Shown here: positions 1 to 13,300 of the stretch, piece after piece
Position numbering within the stretch: position 1 is the first letter of the stretch
Layout of the letters: the number at the start of each line of letters is the position of its first letter
Origin: Podarcis cretensis
Lineage: Eukaryota
NCBI GenBank assembly: GCA_951804945.1
Contig: OX638152.1
Location: 53,258,001-53,322,000 of the forward strand
DNA length: 64,000 bases
Direction of reading: 5' to 3'
Made by a program: the position numbers and the translations under genes
Notes under the pieces: model-generated
What the model saw: the letters and a program-made list of their open reading frames with translations, nothing else
Told to the model about the DNA's origin: nothing
The model's database searches: none

Positions 1-495
1 GGGGAAACGGCTGCTGAGATAATGATCAGTTCTAGAGGTGTCTTTTTTCCCTTTTGTATTTCATTTGGGGCTTTTACACCCAGTGAGAAGCAATTATGGA
101 ACATTTATTCACAGGAGACTGTTATAAACACATGTAGGAAGCAAAAAATATAACAAAGACCCTTTCGGCCACCTGCTGTAACAGCCCAGCATGTTTGGGG
201 TTGTTCCATAGAGCATGTTCAGAATGAACGGCTGTCAAAAGATTCCATGGAGACAGCAGGTTCTTAAAAGATTATTTGAAGGATAAAAGGAAGGCTTGTG
301 TGATGCAGTAAGTGGGAGAAAGCCTCAGGGAACTGAGGCAGCAAGAGAGGCAAAGAGGAACCAAAGCAAGACCTGCAGCTTGGATGGTGTTAGTGAGAAA
401 GACAAAAATGATACAGGAATCATAATGGGGAAAATATCTGGTTTTGACTGTAGTGGGGTGGACAGCCTTTAGCTGGATGCTCCCATGTCCTAAGC

Positions 496-632
496 CAGGC
501 ATGGCCAAACTTGGCCCTCTAGCTGTTTTGGGATTACAACTCCCATCATCCCTAGCTAACAGGACCAGTGGTCAGGGATGATGGGAACCGCAGTCCCCCA
601 AACAGCTGGAGGGCCAAGTTTGGCCATGCCTG
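496..632. mobile_element. hAT-type MITE (~137 bp palindrome)
   Basis: 24-bp TIR CAGGCATGGCCAAACTTGGCCCTC / GAGGGCCAAGTTTGGCCATGCCTG; TSD degenerate. Confidence 0.85.
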
Positions 633-2275
633 TGACCTAAGCAAATGCTTTCACACATTCACAGAATTGGCCTTGCTGCCACTGACCAGAAAAGATTTTC
701 TTTCTGTGGTAACACAAAGTCTGCAAGCTAAGAGAAGCTATGGCAATGAAGCCACAAGGAAAAGGAAACAAGAGTCGGTGGACAGGTGAGGTAACAAATC
801 ATCCACAAAAACAGAGAATCAAAGCAAGCAGTGCTTTTCAAAACAATATTGTTTCTGGTGGTGGGAAGAGGTTGCCATTCCAAAGATGAAAAATTGTCTT
901 CTCCCACCCAAGACTAAAAACAAGCTCTGCTTCACCCTATTTAAATCAACCTACTTACTCCCACTACCACATACCCTTCAATGCTGTACTCACTACACAG
1001 TCTCTCTTTCTTCTTTCAAATTTGATTTGGAAATCCTGCCTGCTTTGTAGCTTCCTCAAAAAACAAAAACGAAACACCTGTTCATGTGGCCTATCTGTGT
1101 GTAGCTTCCCAGCCACTTGAATTTTCTTTTATGCCCCCGCTCCGCCCAGATTTCACATACTCAATCCAGCAGCAGCCAATATTCCTCATAGCACTGACAA
1201 ATCTAATGATTCCAAACTCCTGCAAAACAATGTAACAAAATACAGGACAGGAGATGCTGTGGGGGAAAACACACACACACCCCTTCACTATTAAAAGAAG
1301 CATTGAGTCTTTTTTTCAATTGTTGAGTGAAAAATTTTGGTTGGGAAAATGGAGATGGTAAGTGGCAGGTACCAAGATGATGAATGCAAACCTAAAACAG
1401 TGACTGCCAAGTGCACTGGCAGCCCTTCCAAAACTGTGTGTGCTGCAAAACTGTGTGTGCTGCAGTGTCAGATGATGTTCTTCCTCCATCTCAAAACCCC
1501 TTCTTGTTTTCTTTAAAAAGTATAATTAAAGCCCTTGGGGTCAATTTGATATCTGATGTCTGCTCTGAATGGAAGAGTAAATAGTTTAATGAGCAATTAC
1601 ATTATCAACTAGCCACCTGTTTTAGAAGATGCCGTGACTCCTGGGCAAACGCAAACCAGATGCCATAATGCAAATGAGCTCCGGATTTTGAAGCATTTTA
1701 TAAACAGATAAGACAGACATATAAAGTGTACTATGTTGGCTCAGCAGATGTGCATAAAGAGCTTGTGTCCAATTACACAGGCCTCAGACTAAACCATGAA
1801 CACAAATAAAAAGCAAAGGAAACAGCATTGGAAACCACAAGAAATATTCCAAAATCCACCGTTGGCCAACATATTTGTTAGAACTAACCAAAATGTCGCG
1901 TGCTTTGGGTTCTGTCAAAACTTTTGATTGGGCTGGAGGTTATATAAAGCAAGGACGGGGGGAGGAAGAAAACTAACAAACTAACAAAATAATAGTGTAA
2001 TAGCCTGCCTTGTCAATATAAAAACTACCAGCTCTTTTATTTCTCTCTATCTTATTGTTTGGCTTAAGGCTGCAGAAAGATCTGGGTAACAGACTTTATA
2101 TTCTCAAAAATGGAGCTCAGCCATTGCCTTATTTTTTAAATCACACAAGCTTAGCTGCAACCTCAGACCTGCATAGCAAATCTTTGACAGTTTTCAAGCC
2201 ATAACTTTTGGGGGGTCTATGTTTCCAGTTTCACACTAAATGCTTCCTAAAATACAAGAAAACCATTTCCTATAC

Positions 2276-2378
2276 CTGGTCTCAACAATTCACTGAAGAG
2301 ATGAAGGAGAAAACAGGGGTCATAGAGATCCTGAAGAGCCACTTCGCTTTTGCCTTTGCTTAGGAGCATCTGTTCTTC
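2276..2378 (-). CDS. URB1: URB1 exon 30 (EEQMLL...DLYDPCFLLHLFSELLRP)
   Basis: atttag| and |gtatag, 103 nt; next exon not found in 1-2275. Confidence 0.93.
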
Positions 2379-4283
2379 CTAAATACAGAATAAAAAATAA
2401 GGTATGACTGAATTTTAATTGACATGTTTGTTAGCTGCCGTGAAAGCCTTCTCATAACAGTCATCATATAAGAACTGCAGGGCATCCTAAAGCTCGGTGA
2501 TAGCTGTGTTAACTGCTTTGGGTTGTTTTTTTACCGCTTTCCCTGACCTCAATGACTGCTGTGCAATAAGAAATTAAGAAGAGCCTGCTAGATGAGGTCA
2601 ATGGTCCATCTTGTTCTCAGTCACCAACCAGATACCTAGGGGAAGCCTGCAAGCGGGGCTTGAGCACAACAGAGCTCTCCCTTCCTGCAGTTTTCATCTA
2701 CTGGTTTTCAGAAGCATGCTGGCTCCGACTGTGGAGGTAAGCCCATCGCCTACTAAAGGGTTAGAAGCCACTGATCCTATGCATGTCAACGCAGAAGTAA
2801 GCCCCACTGATTTCAGTTTCCAGCTAAGTGTGTCTAGGATTTGCAGCCTGACTGCATCTCTCTTTTGCAGGAAAAAGCTTTACGTTTCCTCAATAGCTGC
2901 TACAATTTTGGCCCAAGGGTTTGGTGGTTAATTCCTAGATCATAATTAGCACCCAACTCTGAAACCTCACTGAACTGAAAGGATTGCAGTTTCGCAGCTT
3001 TCAAGCAGACTATGCAGTCGTTACATTAAAAAAAAAGAAAACAAAAGAGGAATAAGGCCCTTTAATATAAATCAATCAGATGCTATGACTGCCACTGTGA
3101 CTATTAACAATGCCACTTTCAAGATAAATGACCTAAGACTAAAATGGTTCTACTGTACGTATGTTTTTGAAAGGACAGAAATCTGTGGTCAGATGAAGGC
3201 ACCTCTGTGGACAGGAGATGCCGATGCTGTGGGAAATGGAGAATGGTCCTCATCATCATTTCTCGGTCTAGCAGACACAGAATTTCTTCCATGCTTGGCT
3301 GCTGCCACAGGGACCTTCCCAGACTCTTGCATGTCTTATGGTGCTCCACAGCAGCTGGACCCCAAATCAGGATTCTGGAATCATATTAAGATGCTATGTG
3401 TTTTCCAACTTTGTATATGAAGAGAAGATAGCAATTACACAAAGCAATTTGACTTGTAAATGGTAGAACAATGTTTTCCTTTTCTCTTCACTTCTTTATT
3501 TATTACCAGAGAAACCAAAGGTAGGATGTGTTTCCTTGACAACCTTAGTTTTCCTTCCAAAGCACTTTGAAACAAAATTAAACTACGAAGCAACAGTCAC
3601 TCTGCTGTGTTCCTTTTTAGCCATCTTGGCTCTTAGAGAAAGGCTGCAATACTGCCTCCTACACAATATCACAGTATCAGCAATAAACAACACAGTTGTT
3701 TTTGGTAACCGCCACAATATCACTCAATGAAAGAAAATGCTTTTTTTCTATTAAAAAAATATTAGAACTCATTTCCAAGGGTTCCACCACTGAAGAAGGT
3801 GGGATAAACCTCAGGAGGTGGGTGGGTTCACAGAGGAAAGAATAGATGATACCTTTTAAAAAGAATGTACAGTATGATGTGAACAGAGAGGCAGACTCTT
3901 GGAATAACCCATAAATGATTCAGGGTGAGTTGAAAGAATCTGTCAATGTTCAGATTCTAAAATGGATCAGGTGAGTCAACTTTGGAATTGCAGTCTATCA
4001 GATTCCATTCCCATCCCTACCACTAGTTTTAAGGAATAACTGTTCCTCTGCACAGGTTTAAACTCCGCTCAAAACACCCTTTGTGTATGCAAATACCTGA
4101 GGCACGTAATCCACAGGAAGGCAAACCTGACACACACTGTACACATTATCTACCCGATACACTGACTTAACATGGCAGTCAACTAACCTGAAGTTTACAA
4201 GGCTTAGACCATTCTTTTCATATAATTTAAGCAGCTGCAATATCTTCTGGTCTAAAAATAAAAAAGAGAAAAATTAGATAGAT

Positions 4284-4317
<34 letters not shown>

Positions 4318-7300
4318 GTGCCAACCTTTGGGCACATGCAACTATTGATTTCTGCAACATTGAGTAAGAACTTTAACCTTAATCAAGAGAGGTTTTTCAC
4401 CTGACATCATTTTGAACACAATACTTTGCAATGAAGGCAGTGCACATGTTCTGCTGCAAGTTATCATCTAAAGGCACAGCAGATGACATATGAATGCCTG
4501 TGGATCAGTATTAAGAACCACATACTTAAGTCTTTGTGGCATTCTGTTGTACAAAACACACCACACCCTACTCAGTTTCCCTCAGGCTACTGCTCTGTAC
4601 TTCCTTTACCTAAGCCACAACCAACCAGTCTCTGAACCTCCAAATACAGTTCCCTTCCAGCTACCACTCCTGCCACTTCTTGACCACTACCCATGTCTCC
4701 TAAGACACTGTTTCTTTCTCTCCTTTTATCTTTGTTTCGTCCCATTTCAGATAGTTCCCTTTGGACAATGGGAACAAAAAGAGGATAGGAAAATTACTTC
4801 ATTTAAACTCCTTAGTATGCATGCATGCACTTATTTCTTTGGTCATTTTCCCGAACCACCCAGGAACAGCAGGATTTGTCTGAGCTACTACATATGACAC
4901 ACATGGTAGTTTGGCTGCTGCATTTTAAGAAGTCTCAAAAATTAGGTCATGCATCTCTTTCAACTGCAAATACACTTACCTGTAGTGCTCAGTGTTGCAC
5001 CGTAGGCTCCAAGCAACACAGCAAAATGGTTGCTCTCACAAACTGCAGGGCAGAGTTTCACTAGAGTCAGCAGGATGTCCACTAATACCTCTAAAGCAAA
5101 AAGTAAAAATATTTTTTCCCTCTTCCAAATGACTTATCGTCTCTTGTCAAGCAATTTGAGAATACTACAGTTGCTCAGGCGCTTCCTTACAACAATGGTG
5201 CTGGTCACTCACACTGCTAGGATGTTCTCTGGGGCAAGACCTGCTGAGATGAATGGAGCACCATGATTGCTTTCATGAAGCTCCCATTCATTTTAGCCAC
5301 GCAGGAGAACTTCCCAGTGGACAGTGACTGTTGCCAACAAAATGGAAAACACATTATGATATAACTGTGAAATGTTCATCGCTTTCACATAGGGCTTTTT
5401 GTTTTTGAAGAAAATGAAGGCCCTTTTCAATTCATAAAACATGTGTTCCAATATGAAGGGGGCCTTGAAAAGTATTATTTTATCACCAGGAACGGACAGT
5501 GTGGTGGGGCAGCGCTGCCTTTCTGACACCAATGCCCCTGCCTCTTACCAAGACAAAGGTAAGGGGTAAGAACAAAGTTTAAAGGGAGCACCAGATTGGC
5601 TCTAATGCTGCACCCATGGAGCCCTGATCTCACTTCTGGTTTGCCCCCTCGCTGCGTAGTCCAGGTAAACGGCAGTTCTGCAGCACTGATCCACACAGTT
5701 CCAGCTACTCAAGCTTCCCACACATTCCATTCAAGTTTTGTGCGGAAATTAATTGGGCCATCCTTCCCTTCTCCTCTAATCCCCATCCAGTGTAACATGG
5801 GAACTTCTGCCCTTGTGCTAATTAATGGGTCTCGGGGTTAATTAAACAACTTTTGCATAGGTTTTTCCAGGGTTCCTTTTTGTAAGCTCTTAAATGATGC
5901 TGTGTAGCCCAGATTCTTTCAATTTGCATTATTCCACCTATTCCTGCATCTAGTCTAGGATAAATTCCATTATGTCACTTCCTAAGAAAAAGGGACAAAG
6001 CTGAGATTCTGAGGATTTCAACTAGCACTGTAAATATCCCAGTAAGACCAGGTAACCCAAAACAAGTGGGCTATTTTTTAGCATGCTTAATTACAAAATA
6101 GACAAAGCTGTATACAATACTGCAATAACTGTTTCAGAAATATATAGCCAAAGAATAAAAAATAAAGTAAGAAATGCTAAGTTCAATGATAAATGAATGC
6201 AATCCAAATGCAAATAAATAGTAAGAAAAGGCACTGGAGCTGAAAAAATATACAGAAAAGGGACAACGCAATGATAATAGAGAAGAGTTAGTAATATGTT
6301 AAAAGGTAAATGCTAAAATAATTATGTTCTAGATACAGCAGCTCTGAAAACATCTAGGTGGGCTGGCAAGTGGAAGGATGAAAAACAACACGTGAAAGAC
6401 ACTTGGGTTATATATAGATACACAAGGAAACAAATGAGAAGGTGATACCTCTTTCATGAATGTTTGTGTCATCACCTTCTTGCGACCTCAGCATAGTTGA
6501 CAAAAATAAGGAGTGCTGCGTGATCATCATATAAAGCACTGGCAGCTTCACTAATCTCTGAGCAGCAGGGATTCCTTTCTGGTACAGCAAATTGATAGCT
6601 GCATTCAGAGTTTTCAGAAAGCCCTGGTCTTTATAACGGTACCTACATGACAGAGATTTAAAGAGACGTTGAGATAAAAATCATGCACTCTGCCTGCAAA
6701 GTGAATGAAAGAAAGAATTATATCCCAGGAGTTGGTTTGGTCTGTCAACCAGTTTGCCACACTGCTTTAAAAGTACTGTATATGATATCAATTGGTAAAC
6801 ATCTATTAACAGAAGCAAAACTACTGCCTAGTGAGCCATAAGCAACCCTAAGCTCAGTGTTGTATGTCATTGTAGCAGCAAAAAATACTCTTATAAACCT
6901 AAACATGCTTACTTGAGTCCCATCTTCACAAAACTGTGCCAGTCTTCTGGAGTCACCTCAGTTACTGAGTTCTAGGTAGGTAGGAAACAGCAAAACAACA
7001 CTTAAACATATGACAGTGGGGATATGGTGGTGCAGGGATAACACTTCATGGGAATGCAAATTGCAATGCAGTGGTACCTCGGGTTACATATGCTTCAGGT
7101 TACAGACTCCGCTAACACAGAAATAGTACTTCGGGTTAAGAACTTTGCTTCAGGATGAGAACAGAAATTGTGCAGCAGCAGCAGGAGACCCCATTAGCTA
7201 AAGTGGTGCTTCAGGTTAAGAACAGTTTCAGGTTAAGAATGGACCTCCGGAACGAATTAAGTACTTAACCCGAGGTACCATTGTATTAGAAAACACAAGG

Positions 7301-10300
7301 GGGAAAAGCAGCAAAAATCCCCAGAATTAAAAATAATACAGTATCTAGCACAGCACATTACAATGGCTACAACAGGCTGAAAAATCATTAAGCTGCCTGT
7401 GAAGACCATCATCAATTTTCAGGTGGTCCATGGGAGGTGGGGAACCACTGAACTAAAATCATAAACCAAAATACTAGCATGAGGAGCCAAGACCACAAAA
7501 AATGTCCAGGCAGCAGTCAGAATTAAAACATCAAAATACAAGAAAGAGAGAGGAAATGCTCAGCCAAAAGCAGTCTTGATGCAGCATGTTTAGCAATGTG
7601 TTCCATAGGGTGAGTTCTCTGCAGAAGAGGCCCTGGTCACTGCCAAGCATTCTTCATGGGATCTGGAGGAAGGCCTCAGATGATGATTCGTGTATGGAGG
7701 GAGGCTCATATGGAATAAACTATGCAGATCCTAAGTTGCTTACGCCTTTAAAAGTTAAACAGAACCTCTTAAATTGAGCCCAGAAGGAAACCTGCCATCA
7801 ATCAGATCACACAAAACTGGCATGATAAACCCAAAGTGCCTAGTTGAATCTTGCCCTGGCTGACATTTGTGAACACTTTTCAATGGCGGCCCTATGCAGA
7901 GCATGTTGCAGTAATCTAGCCTGCAAGTCATTGGACTATGGGTGTCTGTGGCAAGGTTTGGTTTTGTCAGGAGGGTCACAGCTGAAGCTGGAAAAAGGTA
8001 GAGAAAGTAGGTAGAGCAAAGAATAATTTTCTAAAGAAGTTTGCACTTTCATGTGCAACAGCCTGTGCATATGCACCCTCTAGTGGTCACATTACTCCCC
8101 TGCGTTGTTGCTTGATACTACCACCCTGCTTAGAATAATAATAACAACTTGGGGCGGGGGGGGGGGGGGGGAATCCCCTAATTCTCACCAGTACTTTCTC
8201 TAGCCTCAACAGCACGGCACTCTCAATTTCCGAGTGGGCTTCTTGTTCTCTGTTACTGCTGTACGTGAGGATCAACCACTTCATGCAGGCAACTAGCAGA
8301 CGTTTCCTCCATGAATGCAACTTCTCTGCAGAGCTCTTCAGGGCTCTGGATACAGCATCAGCAATTACCCAGCTAGAGAGGTTTGAAAAGAGTAATGAAA
8401 TGGTAGCTTTTGTGTTCATTTCAACCACTGCCCCCCAACCTTAAACTTGAATTGCTTTCTAGACCTGGAAGGTCTACTAAATCAGGAGAGGATGTAAGCA
8501 GTGCCCTGAGTTCTCAGAGAGCCATGAGGATAGCCCCCCTATTGAAAATACACAGCCACTGATTGGTCTAGAGTGACTTCTTAGGCATCACGGAGGGTTG
8601 CAGAAATCTTATGGATGTTTTGCTAGACTGTTAAACACAATGGGATGGAATACTTTGCAGATCAGGAGAGTAATTGCACAGTGAGTCATGGTTTCTCTCT
8701 TTGTAATAAAATGTCCATCACTATCCTGGTGCAAAAGAAGCTTCATTTCTTTGGCCCAGTTCACACAAAATGCCAAACTTAGTTTGATGGTACATGGATG
8801 AGCCTTTTGCTCCCTCTCCTTCCCTGCTCTGGTTTCTTCCAGTTCAGATTCAGCAGCAGAAAATAGTTTGTCATAACATCTGAATCAGGCGAACAATGGC
8901 TGGCACAAACCAATACTTTGCCTAAAAATCAGGATTGCAAAACAGGTCAAAACCACGGTTTGCAAACCTTGTTTGCAAGCAAATGACAATATCAGCACAT
9001 TTCAGATCTAATGGTGAACTATGGATTAATGCTGAAGAAATGATCCAGAGAACTGGCAACTGGCTGATCATGGCAGGGGATGATGGCGGAGTGTATGGGC
9101 AGAGTTCGTTCAAATAGCGTCAAACAGGTTTGGCATCATACTTGAAGCAACTCTTTCTCTTCTGATAACAGACACAGATCAATGTTTAAAAAAGAAAAAT
9201 GCAACAGGCATTCTGATCTAGCCAAGCTGCAGTAGTGAAGCTTACTACATTTTTATTAAAGTTTATCACATTTTTATTTTATCTTGTGTAAGTTTCTAAA
9301 GCGTAACAGTCATCACATTCGCCCGACATTTTTATTTTATTATTAAATTTTACCATATTTCATTAATTCTGATTATTAACATTAAACATACCCCCCCAAC
9401 ATTGATGTTCCATCTGGTATTTACCTCCACTGATGTGACTCAGCAAAAGATGATATACTTTAGATGATTTCTATCTATTTGAAGTATTAAAATACTACCC
9501 TCACATTGACAGCAGGTGCCTGAGAATGGAGGCCATGTGCTTGTGTTTATTGTAATCGACTGGTCATTATGGAGAACTGGAACAAATAAGCAGAAAATAA
9601 GTAGACTTACTGTTCATGATTTCCCGCCGTCTCAAGAGATAAAAGTAATTTCTCTGTTAAATTAGTGAATGGCTCGGTTTCTGGAGGCGGCAGTAACTTG
9701 GAAAGAACTTGACACTGCACAGCGAATGGCTGAGATGAACCACTATTCAGCATGTCCAGCAGTTGTGGCCACAAAGTTTCTCTCAAGATGGACGTAACAG
9801 CTGAAGAGACTGTAGGAAAGGACAACACAACAGTCACAAAGGTGGATCCGTCAGCATTTCACAGGCCCATACTCTAATGCATGTACCAGAGACCACTGCA
9901 CAGTCTCAAGTCCTTGGAATGACATACTAAAATTACTAGCCTAAAGAGAAATCACAGACTCTAATGTCTTGGAAAGGGACAGCCAAACAATGTTTACACC
10001 AGGCTGCTCCAAAACTGTGTCCTGGTTAAGAGTTTCTCACATAATTTTGGTTACAAAATTATAATATAGGACCATGGAAACAAACTAAGACCGGCAGGAG
10101 AACTTGTAAACAAAATTTAAAGGTAGAAAAAAACAAATTCCCTGGTTATAAAGTTGCAGGGAAACTAACATCTGAACTATTAACTGGCCCACTTAACAAA
10201 CAAGGTTTGAAGTTTTTAGTCTGAAAACCCGCAAACACTGTACCACTGGCATTTACAACTTTATTTTTCAAAATCATACTCTTCATCCAATGGCACAAAA

Positions 10301-13300
10301 AAGTTGCAATCCCTTTTTAAAAAAAGCTGATCAAGAGTGTTACGTAGGTTGACCATGGTTACCTTCTGACAGGTGGCTCAAAGTGTGCTGCTCTCGACAG
10401 TCCAAGTATGTATTTACAAGTGGCAGAAAGAGGTCCACATCTTTTCTCAGAAGCTTGCAAGCGCCTGGCTTCAGACACCAAAGCTCAAACTGCAGCAAGT
10501 GAGTCCGACTGTACCGAATCAGCACAGCCACAATGGAAAGGGACGTTTTCGTTGAATGCTTAAGGCAGGAAAGCTGCACATCCACTCCAACTGCCTGGGC
10601 AAAGACAGGCTCCTTCTGTATCGCATGCAGGAAGACCTTTTCCAACTCTTCTGTGACTGCTGTGGACAAGAGAGTCCCCATCCCTTGAATGTGCTCTCTT
10701 GAGAGGAAGAGGTCTCCCTTCAGGGATCCCCTTTGGTAGCTATCTGTGAGCAGCTGCACCAAAGTCTCCCCATAAGTGCTCAAGCATGTTTCTTTTCCAG
10801 AAATGCTTTCAGCTGTCTTGGAGGCCAGCATCGCCTTAGGAAGCTGCAGCATAGCCAAAGTCACTTCCTTCAGCTGTTGGGTATCCATGTACAGTTGCAG
10901 TTCTTGCAGTGCCTCCACCTGCTGTGACCTTTTGGGATGTAACCTGCAGACATCTTTTCTCCCAGCATGCAGTTCTTCCAAGACAGTTTTAGTGACGGCT
11001 TCAAAATATCTACAGAGCGTGTCTAGCTGGTTCCTGGCTTGCAACATTGGGCAGCCCACCTTCAGCAACTCAAGAATGCCACGGTTTAGGTGAGCAGCAA
11101 GCAGCTTCACTTTAACTGGGCTTAAACTATGGGGAGGGAGAGAACGTTGTTCTACAGCCAGGAACCAATTCTCCAGCGTAGGGTGTTTGAAGACCAAAGG
11201 AAGCACTTCTCCCAGTATCTGCAATGGAGATGGTTACAATTAAAGACATCACCCAACTGATTTAAGATCCCTGTTAAGCTGCCCAGAGACCCAGGACCTG
11301 TCAGAAGCAGGGGAAGCTCAGAATCCGCCATGTGATAGGCAATCAGGACTATGGCTAATTAATATTCTATGACCTTTTAAATGTGTGTGTGGGAGGGAGG
11401 TTATTGCTGTGTTTTTGTTCTAACTATTTATTTGTGCTTTTATCCTGTATTTTGATCTTGTGAACCGCCCTGGTATATATATATTATTTTTCTTAATGCC
11501 CAATTGAGGCAGGAGAACTGCATCAGCTCCAGTGATCCCTTTGGCCCTTGTTCCTGCAAGGATGCAGGTGCAGCAGTGTCCCTGCCCTTTCATAACCCCC
11601 CACCCTAAGCTTGTCAGCTGGCTGTGAGTTTGGACTGCTCCCTAAGAGAGCTGCTCTTGTTATTTTATGGGTCAAGGAAGTCATGGTCTGGAATGAACTG
11701 AGCCATCTCCCAGACAAATGGCCAGTGAATGGAAGTGAAGGTGCATGATTAAGAAACACTGCATGACTAGGATTTTATCTTTATTCAGTCTAAAAATACC
11801 TAAGTAACAGAAGAATTAAGTCATTTCCCCCCTTGCATGACTTTCCACTTCACTGAGGAAACGTAATTTGAACAGAATTTTTTGTCTCACAACAATTGCC
11901 TGCACCTGTAAACGTTTATGCATAATTGCCAGAAGGTTTTTTCCCCCCTCTCCAAGGGCCGATTAACTAGGCTGACATTCATAAACAGTAAGACAGAGAA
12001 AAGTTATTACCTTGTCGTTTCCAGTCTCTTCTGCCATCAGACACTCCGCATCCACAAAGAGATCAGATTCGGTTTGTGTATTTTTCTCTTTCTGCTGACC
12101 ACACAGTTCTATGGCATCCCCCCGGTGCAACAAGCTCTTCAGCAGATCCACAAACAAGGTGAGAAGTGAGAGACCCAAATTTTTGCCAAACTGTTAGAAA
12201 ATTAAGATACATTTCAGAATAGGCAAAACTTGGGGAAAGGACCAAGCACAGAAGCTACATCACTGCACTGCACCGCAGAGCATGTCAGCACATACACAAA
12301 AGTCTATTATTTTTCTCTTTGTAACACTTAAAAATGTTTGGTTTTTTTAAAGCCAGATGCATGCAACATATTTTTTAAATATTCTTAAAACTGTGACATT
12401 TCCATAGAGCGAAAGGTTCGTTTCTGCAGTGCCTATCATGCAGGCCTAGGAGCTGAAACTTTAGACACTTCTCAGGTGTGTGTACCTGCAGCGGCCAAGC
12501 ACTTATTTACTGCCACATAATCTGTAAAAGAGTCTTGGTGTGGGAATAAAAGAGGAAGGGATTATAACCAATAATCTTAGAAAAGGGTGAAGGAGAGAAA
12601 ACAACATCTCTTACACTGTTGAAATTCTCCACGGTAGTTTTTAGGCAAAGAAGGACGTGCTTTGAAGCTAACAGGAACTGCTGAGGCTGGAGTTGGGAAA
12701 TAGCCTCCCTTAGCTTCTCTTCAAAACCCTCTTCCAACAGAATTGCAACACCTTTCTGATAGGCATTCTTCAGCAGGGAGGAAAAGGAGGAATTCGGCAA
12801 GAGGCAATCATCTACATACTCACTTCTGCCTTGCTGGAAATGTTTAAAATGTGTTTCATGTTTTCAGAAAGAGGGGTCGGGGAGAAGAAAGAAACATCAT
12901 TACAGACATGTGTATAGAAACCTCTGCCTTTCTGTGGCTGGAATGTAGCCTATTGTACAAAGTTAACAGTTGCACCCATTGCCCCGCCTACTTCTGCCTC
13001 TGGCGCCACCCACCGCTACCAATGGCCACTGGAATATTGCCCTGCAAGGCACAGAGCCGTCAGCTTGAAACAAGTTCCCCCACCCTGCACTAAACCACAA
13101 TTTATGTGACAAGAAGAAACTGCAGCAAGCCTTGAACTCACACATTTCCCTCCCACTCCATTGTGACAGGAAGGAAGGGGTTTTGGCTAATCATAGCTTG
13201 TTGTGCTATTCAATGTTAATGTTAACCAGGCATCCCCAACCTGCGGCCCTGCAGATGTTTTGGCCTACAACTCCCATGATCCCTAGCTAACAGGACCAGT